A stretch of DNA of 64,000 nucleotides from Methanobacteriota archaeon (GTDB taxonomy: Archaea > Thermoplasmatota > Poseidoniia > Poseidoniales > Thalassarchaeaceae), in assembly GCA_029977385.1 (NCBI GenBank), contig JAPOKZ010000001.1, positions 22,741 to 86,740 on the forward strand, read 5' to 3'. The translations under genes and the position numbers were made by a program. The stretch's first letter is position 1. The number at the start of each line of letters is the position of its first letter. This document shows, in pieces, positions 9,815-19,515 of this stretch. Under the pieces are notes generated by a model that saw nothing but the letters and a program-made list of their open reading frames with translations, ran no database searches and was not told where the DNA came from.

Positions 9815-12800
9815 GTGATTTGCATGTACATCAAACTAGGAAGAAATACACAGAAGAAAATAATTCCAGCATTTTCAATGATAGCGATAATGCTCCTTAG
9901 TCCTCAGATATCACTGCTACTGAATACGGACGATTCCGTAGACCAGGACAGCCGAGTTGAGCCCCCCAAGAGAACGGCATACCAACAGTTAGAGCAGTTT
10001 GGTGGGTCAGTCCAAGTAGGGAATCAGAATCCTCTATCCATGACAAACCAATTCCATACCGTTGCACACCAAGATCCATTCTTCAACGACCCTGCCTCCT
10101 TGTACGGCAAGATATCCAACCCATCCGCCCTTGCCCTAGACCCGATGTATGGATTCTTCCTCGAAGAAACGAACACAGACGACCACGATAACGATGGAAT
10201 TGACGATCTCAACGATCTCGACGATGATAACGACGGGATCAACGATCTAATAGAGAGATTCGACGGTTGTTTCGGAACCGACCCTCTTGACCACGACAAT
10301 GACGGGATAAGGGACGAGTTTGACTGGGACGACGACAATGACGGGATACTAGAGGGTCCTATTGACTACTCCCAAGGAAACGATCCCTGGAATGTAACTT
10401 CAGACAGACACGTAGAACCCACTACTATCCATCCATGGACAGGACAGGCGGTCGGCTTCAACTACTTGGTAGACCAGAACCCCATGGATCACGATAACGA
10501 TGGAATCACCGATGAGGATGTAGACGGATCGGGCCGTGGATCATACGACGAGGATGATGACAACGATGGTAGAATCGATCAGTTCGTGTGGCCCTGCGAT
10601 TTCGATTCAGATGGGATACAGGATTATTTCGACGATGACGACGACAACGACGGTGTCGCAGACATCTCAGACATACATCCATGGGATCCTCTACAGAACT
10701 CGTCCATCGAAACGGCGACCGGGATACTATGGGACTCTTGGGTCAGGTGGGACCCAGAGGATTACGGCGACTATGTCGATGGTCTCGACTATGTCGCTCT
10801 TCATGCCTTGGAGCACCCTAGGGAGCAGGCCTTCACTGAAATCGTGGATGGGGATTTGGATGGAGACGGAATCCCTAACTTCCTAGATCCGGACAATGAC
10901 AACGACGGTGCGCCAGACTCCTCAGACACCGATGATGATAACGACGGCCTAGCTGACATGTACGACGTAGACGATGACAACGATGGCATCCCCGACTCAT
11001 GCAGACAGTTGGATACAAACGGTGACGGACAAGGAGACTACCCTACACAGGTATTCAACGGTGCAGTAGTTGCCATACAAGTCCCCGGAACAGACTGCGA
11101 AATCGACTATGACGGGGATTTGGATGACGACAGATTCAGAGCCATAGATGGAGACTACGACATGGTCTGGGACTGGCTCGATCCCGATATGGGGGGGTCT
11201 ACAAATCCAGACAATCTACAGGGAGGGTCACAACCATGGGACTTGGACGATGACGGAATCCCGAACGAGGAGGATCCATACCCCATGAACTCAAGCGCTG
11301 AAGTAGCTACATGGGACTGTGCTAGTGTTGCGAACCCAAACCCCCAAGATCCTAGCGACAACTGTGTACTTTGGAGGACATCCTACACCGGATTCAACGA
11401 CTGGGACGGAGATGGCCTAAACAACTGGATCGATATGGACGACGACAACGACGGAATCCTGGATTGGCTAGACATAGACCCCGACTGCGACCTAGACAAT
11501 GACGCAGACCTCCATGAGCTAAACGGCTCTATGTTCCGTGACGATGGAGCAAATGACATAGACACTGACGTGGATGGAGACGGCCTTCAGAATGACGAGG
11601 ACTGGGACGACGACAACGACGGGATCAATGACTTCTTCGACCCCGACGACGGAAACTGCGGTGTAGTAGATATCGACAACACAGATAACTTCTGGGGAAA
11701 CAGCTGGCCTCAGGGAGATGGTGATGCCATCGATGGCTCCGAGGACGGAGATGCATATGTCGCGGTCCCGAACTACTACTGGAACCTCACATGGGGGTTC
11801 AACCCTTTCAACGAGGACAACAGCTTCATGCTCGATTACAACGGGTATGATCCAAACGACTTCGACAATCCAAGTGGCATCATTCCTGAGATGTACTGGA
11901 CTCTGATGATGAAGTGGAGCCCCTACAATGGTGACAACTTCTTCGACATAGACAGCGACGGAGACTCTCTAGTTAACGGAATCGACGTCGATCAGGATGG
12001 AGATGGGATGCCCGACTGGTGGGATCAAGATGAGGGCAACGACGGAGTCCTGGATGTCGACGACGTCAAGATGGGAGGTACATTGGATGGAAACTCATGT
12101 GGCACCGTCATCCTATCCGCAACAACCGAGAGATTCTGCGGTCACATCTATGCATTCCTGTTCAAGGCGCCTCTGCTTACCCCCACTCAATCAGGGGGCC
12201 AATCTTTCACTGTACCATACAGTAGCAGGCCCGACGCCGAATGGGATGATGGGGAATATGATGGGACGAATCATCCCACTGGGCTGGGTAGTTGTGACAG
12301 CAACTGCTTCTGGTTCACCTTCGATCCGACTAGCAACCCTACTCCCTCTGTTGCATACACTTACAATGACATGAAGAACAATAGAGATCTTTGGATAGCT
12401 TACCTTGGAGTCAGCGTATTTGGCTTCTTTCAATGGACCTCAGATGCCAATAACAACTTCTTCCCTGATGAGATTGCGGACGAACTCAACGATGATGTTG
12501 ATCCAGACATAGATTGCGGGCAGCCGATGCCGGAGGTATCCTGGACTCCGAGTTGCATGTACAACAACACGAACGACCTAGACGACGACTGGGACATAGT
12601 CTACGATCACTTCGATGTGGACGATGATAACGACGGAATCTGGGATTATTTCGAGGTTGATTCAAACGACGATTTAGACGACGATTCAGGGATAGAGGAG
12701 CCATTCTACTTCACTGGAAGCAATTGCGAAGACAATGATGACGACGGCCTAGACACCGATCCCGACGATGATGGAATATACCAAGCAGTATGGGACAAAG

Positions 12801-15800
12801 GAGTACTGGGGCAGTCTCTTCTGTTCCCAGAGTACTACGACGTAGACAACGATAACGACGGAGTACCGGACGGGGAAGACCCAGATGATGATAATAATGG
12901 CCTTCTAGACGAGGCCCAGGAAGCATTCGAAGGATGCTTCACGGGAGAGGAACAGAGCCCATGGGACCACGACAACGATGGGATAGTCAACTGGGCCGAT
13001 GACGACTGGGATGGCGATGGAATACCAAATTCCCTAGAGCTCCAGAATTTCAATGACACAAACGGCACAGCCGACCCCTTCGACGACACCTGCTGCCTAA
13101 ACTTCCCCATAGCCCCATGGGACCACGACAACGACGGAATAAGGGACGATATCGATGAAGACGATGATTATGACGGTATGAAGGACGAGGACGAAGTGAT
13201 GCTATGGCCTTCACGATACGGCACCGAATCAACGAATCCATGGGATCACGACGACTTCGGAGGGGGGGTCGGACTGGCCAACCCCAACAACAACTCCACT
13301 GGGCCGGATTACTACGACGTAGACGACGATAACGACGGAAGGGCGGACTTGGACTGGAACAACCCCTCTTCGGGTGATTGGGCCACACCAACGAACAAGA
13401 TTGAGGAATCTTCAGGATGGAGCTCTGACTGGGATTCGGACAATGATGGAATCCTAGACGATGACGACAAGATACCGACTAGAATTACTCTTACCGCCCC
13501 CTCGATATTGTGGCTCGATGAAGACCGCCCATCGATATTCAATGGCTCAGTGTTCTGGTTGGACGACACAGGTTTCGTCCCAGCCCCAGATCTCCCGGTT
13601 CAGGTACACATTAGGTACTCTGAGAACGGCACATCTGTCATAGAGACAATCGACGTTCTCACCGATGACAACGGGGAGTATATCGTCGGCCAGTTCCTGT
13701 TCCCTGAAGATATCGATGTAGGGCCGAACTCAACCTACGAGGTCTACTCAGAGGTCACAGAGATGTTCGTACACGACTACAGCTCTACACTTTCTGATAC
13801 TGATGGAGATGGCATAGGAGACTCGGGGACGCCCGTCGAGGTAAGGGCGAATACTACGATAGGATTCGTATCGGGCGAGAGGTTCAGATCGGACGAGCAG
13901 CCACTCAAGCTGGACTTCAAGGTCCACTACTCGGCAGATTACAACAGGGGGATTTTCGACAACAGACTTCCCTATGCGCCGGTATCCTTCACCATTAGCG
14001 ACTCAGGCCCTCAGTTTGGAAACATAACTCATCCGACAGTCTATGATGGATATGGGAACGGATACAGGGCTGACGCAGGAGGCTGGGTTTCACTGGCTTA
14101 CAACCAATCCCTAGACGTATGGGAGCAGGTCCAGTGGAACTCTCTTCTCGATAATGGTCCAGGTGTCCCGACAGGCGGATACGAGGAGATAGTGTGGAAT
14201 CCATGCGGACCGCTCAATCCAGTAGGATCCCACTCGGTCATAGCACCCTACGAGTACAAGAACACCTCACTACCTACGGGCGACTATACTTTCATCGGCT
14301 TCTCCCGTCCTGACCTTGGAGGATGCACTGACGACTCCTACGAATGGCCTTGGTCACATCTCGAGGGGTCTGAGACGGACGCTTTCTACATCCGATCCAT
14401 GCATAGGATGTTCATAGAGGCCGAGATGTCAGCGGCCTCTTTCAGGCCGGTCTACTTCTGGGACTCGACCCAGTTCACTGGATCGTCCTTCGGTGCATGG
14501 AGAGCTCTCTTCCATGCCCCATCCCTAGCAAATGCGAACATGACATATCAGGAGGCCAGTCTTGGCAAGCCGTATCCTCTTCTATGGGATGGAACTCCTT
14601 CAGAACTCTCTGGAATTGCAGGAGGTGACCTGGTTCCTTTCCTGTCATCTGATGGGATAAACTGGACCATCACGATGCAGAATGGTGCTGACTTCGACTC
14701 GCCTCCGTGCGGACCCGTCGATCCACTGGATCCCAGCAGTCAGATTCGTTGCGAGATAGTACCCGAGATCTTCGCTGGGGAGTCCATCAGGGTCAAGGGT
14801 CACGTCTGGAACAAGACATTCGTTCCAGTGACCGATTTCGACAGTGATGGAATAAACGACCCCATCGCAGTGCAGATAGATCTGGACTACAATGGGATCT
14901 TCGCTGGCGCCCAAGAGACTCGAGTGAACCAGCCACTGGCCATCGACACCGAAGGTCTAGCAACATTCGATTACGACATACTCTGGAGAAACGACTGGCC
15001 TGCATCGACATACGGCTTCAGGGCTGACTTCAGTCAACCAGACTTCTTCTTCACTGGGGAGCAAGCAGGAGTCTTAGCCGCCACTGGTGCTTACGGAAAC
15101 GTCTCTGTCATAGGTTCAACCGACTTCCAACTTACATCTCTGACTCGTCTCTACAGGGGCCAGAACGCGACGGTAGAGGCTCGTCTAATGGACAATGCGG
15201 GGCTTCCTGTACGAGAAGCCCCAGTGAACTGGACATGGGAAGAGGACCAATCGAGTGGTGTAGTTTTCACAGACAACAATGGTATCTTCAAGGTCAATCT
15301 TACAGATATTGATACTCTAGGGAATTTCTCTCTCGGTTTCACCTACCTTGGAGACAGGTTCAGACTTGGCAGTACTGGCTCAGTAGACATGTGGGTGGTT
15401 TCACGGACTTTCATCAACGTTCAGAGCACCAGTCCCAACATAAGATCCAATGGGGACTTATGGGAGTTCACCGCTGTCATAACCGACGATAATAGAACCC
15501 CGTTCGAGAAGGACGGGGGGCAGGTACTGAACAGCTGTGAGGGAGAGATGGCGAATCCCGATGGATACGACCTAGGAGGCAACGTCACAGTGATTTTCGA
15601 GGGAATAGATTTCGAGGATAGAACCCACCGACAGATAGTATCTGTTGAGTGTCCGGCATCTGGCTCAATCGGATATGGGAGATATCTGGATCCACAGTTA
15701 CTGAAGGACGATCCATACTCATTCCTTCCCGATGGCTTCGGACCTGTGAATGTGATTCTTCGGTTCGAGGAGAACCTGCCTCACGAGGGTTGCGAGCCCC

Positions 15801-17734
15801 TAGATGCAGGAATGCTATCCACCTCCGGAGCGTGGGATCCCTGTGTTACCATCCTCAACAGTGACCACTTCAGGAAGGTCCTGCAGTTCCAGGTAGATGG
15901 TTTCAGCCTCATTGGGAATACGGATTTAGAAGTAGACCAGCAGATAGTCTATACCTCAGAGATAGATCAAGAAACGGGTCAGATATTTGAGAAGCCAATG
16001 ATCGTGACCGGGCAGCTAACCGATGAGCTAGGAGGGGACCTGGCGAACAGACAAATCAGAGTCACTTTCGAGATGGGATCAATGGTATTTGACCCAGTCG
16101 AGGATCGTATGAAATTCCGTGCAGGCGACGATGGTATAGAGGCCTGCATCCCAGGGGTAACCAATGAGAGCGGGTTCTTCGACATCAACTGCCCTATGAC
16201 CGGCGTTGACGCTGGAATGGCTAAGGTGAAGGTTGAGTACAATGCCTGGGATCCACTAAATAACGATCGATACAGGTACAAGAACAAGACACAAACGATG
16301 TTCTTCCCCGTCTTCTCCAACTCTACGATCGATGTCTCGGAAGTAGGTCCATTCCGATCCGACTACCTGACATACACCTTCCCGAACGGTTCTACCTTCG
16401 AGGTTCTATACCTCAAGGAGGCATTCCATATCAATGCCAGACTCTCCCAGTCAAACGGGAAGCCAGTTGGGGGCAAGTGCGTCAACATTTACCTCGATCC
16501 AGAAGTAAACACTAGGCCAATAGCCACCGCATTCACAGCTGGAGGAACCGGCGAGTTCGTTTGGTACTCAGCGGATCCAGATGACAATCCCAGTAGGAGG
16601 GGGGTCGAGCCTAGCGGAAACAACCTCGAAGGATTCCGTACGGTCAGAGTCGCTTACGAGCCGGAACGCTATGTACCAGGCGGTTGCGACTACGAAGTAC
16701 TGGAACCAAACCCGGTTCTGAATAGTTCAGTAGTCGACGTAGAGGTCCTAGTTAGAAGTAAGGTTGACATCCTGCTGAAGCAGCACTGGTCAAGTCCCAC
16801 AGGATACCAAGAGGGCGACATTATTGCTGGGGAGGTAGCAATCCTGAGAGATAGGCTGGACCTGACCGTGGAGGGACAGAGAGTAGAATTCCACCGACAG
16901 TTCTGGAATGAATCCGGCGAGTGGCAGACAGAGAGAGTGGAGATACTAATCACCAATGAGAGGGGTTCGGCGAACTTCTCCTTCCCTTACACCGGAGAAA
17001 CAATTCCCGGACATCCAGAGTGGACCGCTCCAGGAGGTAAATGGAGGGTGCTTGTTCACTTCGAGTCAGTAGACGCGAACAAACCCTACTTTGTAGAAAA
17101 GTGGCTCAATAGTACCCCGGAGATAAAACTCGGAGACCCCGACTCTTCGACTGCTGGAGGCCTATGGACTACTCAAGTCCTAATCCTAGCTGGAATATCA
17201 CTCTCAACGGTTGCGCTGGTTGGTGCCATGATGTACAACAACTACAGGGAGAGGCGCAAGGTCGAGGTCCTCAGAGGTATCCTGACGGACGCGCTAATGT
17301 CGCTCAAGGCTTCGAACAATTACATCGAGGCAATATTCTCCTGCTACAAGGATCTAATCAAGTACTTCAGGATGAAGGGCGCTATGAAGAAGGTCTTCGA
17401 GACGACAAGAGAGTTCGAGGACGTAATCAACAACATGCTCGGAGGAATAGTTCCACCAGAGGAGATAGACTCCTTCTTCTCTATATTCGAGGAGGCCCGT
17501 TACTCTGATCACGACATAGGATCAGAGGAGAGGGATAGGGCGATTCAGATATTCCAGTCGATGATAGGTAGGATGAATAGATCACTCGGAGACAGCATGC
17601 TGACAAGGGTAGCAGCGGCCGAGTCCTCGTTATATGGGCCCTCCGTGAAGGCAGGACAGTTCGTAGATGCAGATGGAAATGTAAGGTTCGCCGGAGTCGA
17701 TGATGCAGAGGAAAACGATGGTTTCAAGATCTGA
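9815..17734 (+). CDS. Giant cell-surface protein (2639 aa): signal/anchor, ~1100-aa Asp-rich Ca-binding-type repeat region, ~1300-aa beta-rich region, single TM, ~150-aa cytoplasmic tail
   Basis: N-terminal hydrophobic segment. More than 30 DxDNDGIxD / DDDNDG units (thrombospondin-type-3/Ca-binding-like). C-terminal TM LILAGISLSTVALVGAMM followed by a basic stop-transfer RERRK. Confidence 0.8.
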   Translation: MICMYIKLGRNTQKKIIPAFSMIAIMLLSPQISLLLNTDDSVDQDSRVEPPKRTAYQQLEQFGGSVQVGNQNPLSMTNQFHTVAHQDPFFNDPASLYGKISNPSALALDPMYGFFLEETNTDDHDNDGIDDLNDLDDDNDGINDLIERFDGCFGTDPLDHDNDGIRDEFDWDDDNDGILEGPIDYSQGNDPWNVTSDRHVEPTTIHPWTGQAVGFNYLVDQNPMDHDNDGITDEDVDGSGRGSYDEDDDNDGRIDQFVWPCDFDSDGIQDYFDDDDDNDGVADISDIHPWDPLQNSSIETATGILWDSWVRWDPEDYGDYVDGLDYVALHALEHPREQAFTEIVDGDLDGDGIPNFLDPDNDNDGAPDSSDTDDDNDGLADMYDVDDDNDGIPDSCRQLDTNGDGQGDYPTQVFNGAVVAIQVPGTDCEIDYDGDLDDDRFRAIDGDYDMVWDWLDPDMGGSTNPDNLQGGSQPWDLDDDGIPNEEDPYPMNSSAEVATWDCASVANPNPQDPSDNCVLWRTSYTGFNDWDGDGLNNWIDMDDDNDGILDWLDIDPDCDLDNDADLHELNGSMFRDDGANDIDTDVDGDGLQNDEDWDDDNDGINDFFDPDDGNCGVVDIDNTDNFWGNSWPQGDGDAIDGSEDGDAYVAVPNYYWNLTWGFNPFNEDNSFMLDYNGYDPNDFDNPSGIIPEMYWTLMMKWSPYNGDNFFDIDSDGDSLVNGIDVDQDGDGMPDWWDQDEGNDGVLDVDDVKMGGTLDGNSCGTVILSATTERFCGHIYAFLFKAPLLTPTQSGGQSFTVPYSSRPDAEWDDGEYDGTNHPTGLGSCDSNCFWFTFDPTSNPTPSVAYTYNDMKNNRDLWIAYLGVSVFGFFQWTSDANNNFFPDEIADELNDDVDPDIDCGQPMPEVSWTPSCMYNNTNDLDDDWDIVYDHFDVDDDNDGIWDYFEVDSNDDLDDDSGIEEPFYFTGSNCEDNDDDGLDTDPDDDGIYQAVWDKGVLGQSLLFPEYYDVDNDNDGVPDGEDPDDDNNGLLDEAQEAFEGCFTGEEQSPWDHDNDGIVNWADDDWDGDGIPNSLELQNFNDTNGTADPFDDTCCLNFPIAPWDHDNDGIRDDIDEDDDYDGMKDEDEVMLWPSRYGTESTNPWDHDDFGGGVGLANPNNNSTGPDYYDVDDDNDGRADLDWNNPSSGDWATPTNKIEESSGWSSDWDSDNDGILDDDDKIPTRITLTAPSILWLDEDRPSIFNGSVFWLDDTGFVPAPDLPVQVHIRYSENGTSVIETIDVLTDDNGEYIVGQFLFPEDIDVGPNSTYEVYSEVTEMFVHDYSSTLSDTDGDGIGDSGTPVEVRANTTIGFVSGERFRSDEQPLKLDFKVHYSADYNRGIFDNRLPYAPVSFTISDSGPQFGNITHPTVYDGYGNGYRADAGGWVSLAYNQSLDVWEQVQWNSLLDNGPGVPTGGYEEIVWNPCGPLNPVGSHSVIAPYEYKNTSLPTGDYTFIGFSRPDLGGCTDDSYEWPWSHLEGSETDAFYIRSMHRMFIEAEMSAASFRPVYFWDSTQFTGSSFGAWRALFHAPSLANANMTYQEASLGKPYPLLWDGTPSELSGIAGGDLVPFLSSDGINWTITMQNGADFDSPPCGPVDPLDPSSQIRCEIVPEIFAGESIRVKGHVWNKTFVPVTDFDSDGINDPIAVQIDLDYNGIFAGAQETRVNQPLAIDTEGLATFDYDILWRNDWPASTYGFRADFSQPDFFFTGEQAGVLAATGAYGNVSVIGSTDFQLTSLTRLYRGQNATVEARLMDNAGLPVREAPVNWTWEEDQSSGVVFTDNNGIFKVNLTDIDTLGNFSLGFTYLGDRFRLGSTGSVDMWVVSRTFINVQSTSPNIRSNGDLWEFTAVITDDNRTPFEKDGGQVLNSCEGEMANPDGYDLGGNVTVIFEGIDFEDRTHRQIVSVECPASGSIGYGRYLDPQLLKDDPYSFLPDGFGPVNVILRFEENLPHEGCEPLDAGMLSTSGAWDPCVTILNSDHFRKVLQFQVDGFSLIGNTDLEVDQQIVYTSEIDQETGQIFEKPMIVTGQLTDELGGDLANRQIRVTFEMGSMVFDPVEDRMKFRAGDDGIEACIPGVTNESGFFDINCPMTGVDAGMAKVKVEYNAWDPLNNDRYRYKNKTQTMFFPVFSNSTIDVSEVGPFRSDYLTYTFPNGSTFEVLYLKEAFHINARLSQSNGKPVGGKCVNIYLDPEVNTRPIATAFTAGGTGEFVWYSADPDDNPSRRGVEPSGNNLEGFRTVRVAYEPERYVPGGCDYEVLEPNPVLNSSVVDVEVLVRSKVDILLKQHWSSPTGYQEGDIIAGEVAILRDRLDLTVEGQRVEFHRQFWNESGEWQTERVEILITNERGSANFSFPYTGETIPGHPEWTAPGGKWRVLVHFESVDANKPYFVEKWLNSTPEIKLGDPDSSTAGGLWTTQVLILAGISLSTVALVGAMMYNNYRERRKVEVLRGILTDALMSLKASNNYIEAIFSCYKDLIKYFRMKGAMKKVFETTREFEDVINNMLGGIVPPEEIDSFFSIFEEARYSDHDIGSEERDRAIQIFQSMIGRMNRSLGDSMLTRVAAAESSLYGPSVKAGQFVDADGNVRFAGVDDAEENDGFKI
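10170..13470 (+). repeat. In-frame array of Asp-rich DxDNDG(I/V)xD calcium-binding-type repeats inside the giant surface protein gene
   Basis: Recurrent gac-gac-gac-aac-gac-gg units in the nucleotide sequence and DHDNDGI/DDDNDGI units in the translation. Confidence 0.8.
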
Positions 17735-17760
17735 GAAACCAACGAAATCCACTGTCCCAA

Positions 17761-17776
17761 CGCCCCTACGGGGCGC
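17761..17776 (+). terminator. GC-rich palindrome (cgcccc tac ggggcg) immediately downstream of the giant gene
   Basis: Perfect 6-bp inverted repeat 27 nt after the stop. No T-tract, so its terminator function is speculative. Confidence 0.3.
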
Positions 17777-17834
17777 CCGCAGGATTCATAACACCGACTT
17801 TGGTGGCCGCGATACCTGACCATGGGGGGATACT

Positions 17835-18200
17835 ATGAGTAAGCAAGAGAGGAAGACGAACTCAGCACTAGTTTCGCTCATCGGAGACCTGAAGGATCAC
17901 AGTCGAACAACCGGCTCCCCGATATGGAGGGACACGGCTTCCAGACTCCAGACCAGTAGGAAAAACTGGGCAGAACCCAATCTTAGCCACATCTCCAGAC
18001 ACTCTACAAAGAAGGAGACAGTACTGGTCCCGGGTAAGGTACTAGGAAGCGGAAGTATCAGCGGGGGCCAGACTGTAGCTGCATTCAGTTTCAGTGATGG
18101 AGCTAGGAGTAAGATAGAGGCCTCCGGAGGGAGAACCCTTAGTATTCGTGAACTGATGGAAGAGAACCCTAATGGAAAGGGGGTGAGGATTCTTGTCTGA
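17835..18200 (+). CDS. rpl18e: Ribosomal protein L18e (eL18)
   Basis: VPGKVLGSG...TVAAF.FS...KIEA.GG...I.EL...NP.G..VRI pattern of archaeal L18e. Confidence 0.85.
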   Translation: MSKQERKTNSALVSLIGDLKDHSRTTGSPIWRDTASRLQTSRKNWAEPNLSHISRHSTKKETVLVPGKVLGSGSISGGQTVAAFSFSDGARSKIEASGGRTLSIRELMEENPNGKGVRILV

Positions 18201-18675
18201 GACAACCATGGTGTACGATGCCACTGATAAGATCCTGGGCAGACTTGCCAGCCAAGTGGCAAAGGAAATGATATCTGCAAGGAAGTCAGGGAGACAGCAG
18301 CGGGTGATCATCATCAACGCAGAGGATGCTATCGTTTCGGGTCCAAGGACCAAGGTACTCAGTGACTACCGAGCAAAATACAATCTAAACCACGCTAGGA
18401 AGGGTCCTTTCTTCCCAAGGATGCCGGACAAGATAATCAAGAGAACAGTCAGAGGGATGCTACCGTATCAGAAGAACAGCAGCGGAAGGGGTGCTCTAAG
18501 GGATCTAAGAGTAATGATAGGCACACCTCAGAACCTCTCTATGGAGAATCTCCCAGATGGACACGAGTGGGGGCCGACTGAGAACATAGTTCGCGATACC
18601 CCCAATAAGTATGTCAGACTGGGAGAGATTAGTTCCCACCTAGGGGTCGATGCAGCTAGATGGACAGGTGAGTGA
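18193..18675 (+). CDS. rpl13: Ribosomal protein L13 (uL13)
   Basis: [16 protein letters not shown]... is typical uL13. Overlaps rpl18e by 8 nt; alternative start at 18208. Confidence 0.85.
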   Translation: MSETTMVYDATDKILGRLASQVAKEMISARKSGRQQRVIIINAEDAIVSGPRTKVLSDYRAKYNLNHARKGPFFPRMPDKIIKRTVRGMLPYQKNSSGRGALRDLRVMIGTPQNLSMENLPDGHEWGPTENIVRDTPNKYVRLGEISSHLGVDAARWTGE

Positions 18676-19114
18676 TTTGGCGAGGAAGAAGCGTACCAAG
18701 GTCGTTAACACTAGCGGAAAGAGAAAGACCGCAATAGCCAGGGCCACGCTAAAACCCGGAAAAGGAAGGGTCAGGATAAACGGACACCCTATTCACATCC
18801 TTGAGCCCGAACTTGCTAGAAGGAAGGCACTGGAACCCATTAGAATCGCAGAGGCGATGAATAGAATCGACAGAGTAGACATCTCGGTGGACGTTAAGGG
18901 CGGGGGACAGATGGGGCAAGTCGATGCCATCAGGACAGCCATAGCTCGCGGGCTTGTGAAGTACAACGACGGGGCCGAGGGTGATGACGAGGAGCTAAGA
19001 GACGAGTTTGTTCGGTTCGAGAGAAAGATCTTGGTAAACGACCCCAGGAGGAAGGAACCCAAGCATCAAATGGGTAGAGGCGCTCGTAAGAAGTGGCAGA
19101 AGTCGTACAGGTAG
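18650..19114 (+). CDS. rps9: Ribosomal protein S9 (uS9)
   Basis: [12 protein letters not shown] ... C-terminal [13 protein letters not shown]. Alternative starts GTG 18668 or TTG 18677. Confidence 0.85.
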   Translation: MQLDGQVSDLARKKRTKVVNTSGKRKTAIARATLKPGKGRVRINGHPIHILEPELARRKALEPIRIAEAMNRIDRVDISVDVKGGGQMGQVDAIRTAIARGLVKYNDGAEGDDEELRDEFVRFERKILVNDPRRKEPKHQMGRGARKKWQKSYR

Positions 19115-19123
19115 GTGGAAGAG

Positions 19124-19330
19124 ATGCTAATACCAGTTAGATGTTGGAGTTGTGGCAAGGTCATTGCCCACAAGTATCAGGAGTATCAGAACGCCGTAGA
19201 AGAAGGCAAGGATGCTGGAAAGACACTGGACGATCTTGGCTTTGAGAGGTACTGCTGCAGACGCATGTTCGTCGGGCACATCGACCTGATTGACGAGGTC
19301 GCTCCGTTCAGTATTGACAGACAGCAGTAA
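19124..19330 (+). CDS. rpoN: DNA-directed RNA polymerase subunit N (RpoN/Rpb10)
   Basis: MLIPVRCWSCGKVIAHKY...YCCRRM zinc-ribbon signature. Confidence 0.85.
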   Translation: MLIPVRCWSCGKVIAHKYQEYQNAVEEGKDAGKTLDDLGFERYCCRRMFVGHIDLIDEVAPFSIDRQQ

Positions 19331-19380
19331 TCCCTCCGTCAGGGCTTTGACTGATTGCTCACTCGCAGTGAGCCCAATTG

Positions 19381-19458
19381 GGGCCTGTAGGTTAGTTTGG
19401 CCTATACTTCGCGGCTGGGGGTCGCGCGACCCAGGTTCAAATCCTGGCAGGCCCACCA
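19381..19458 (+). tRNA. tRNA-Pro (anticodon GGG), CCA encoded; D-region 2 nt longer than canonical
   Basis: Acceptor GGGCCTG/CAGGCCC, T-arm CCAGG-TTCAAAT-CCTGG, anticodon arm CGCGG-CTGGGGG-TCGCG (U33-GGG-G37). Confidence 0.7.
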
Positions 19459-19515
19459 TTGGGAAAGTACCGCTAAAATGGTCAGTTTGAAGGCCATCGC
19501 CCCCTTTGCATCGAC

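Noticed and set aside
10024-13569. Multiple 60-113-aa minus-strand ORFs inside the giant gene
   Set aside because: Shadow ORFs of the repetitive Asp-codon region (reverse frames read as Ser/Leu/Ile repeats).
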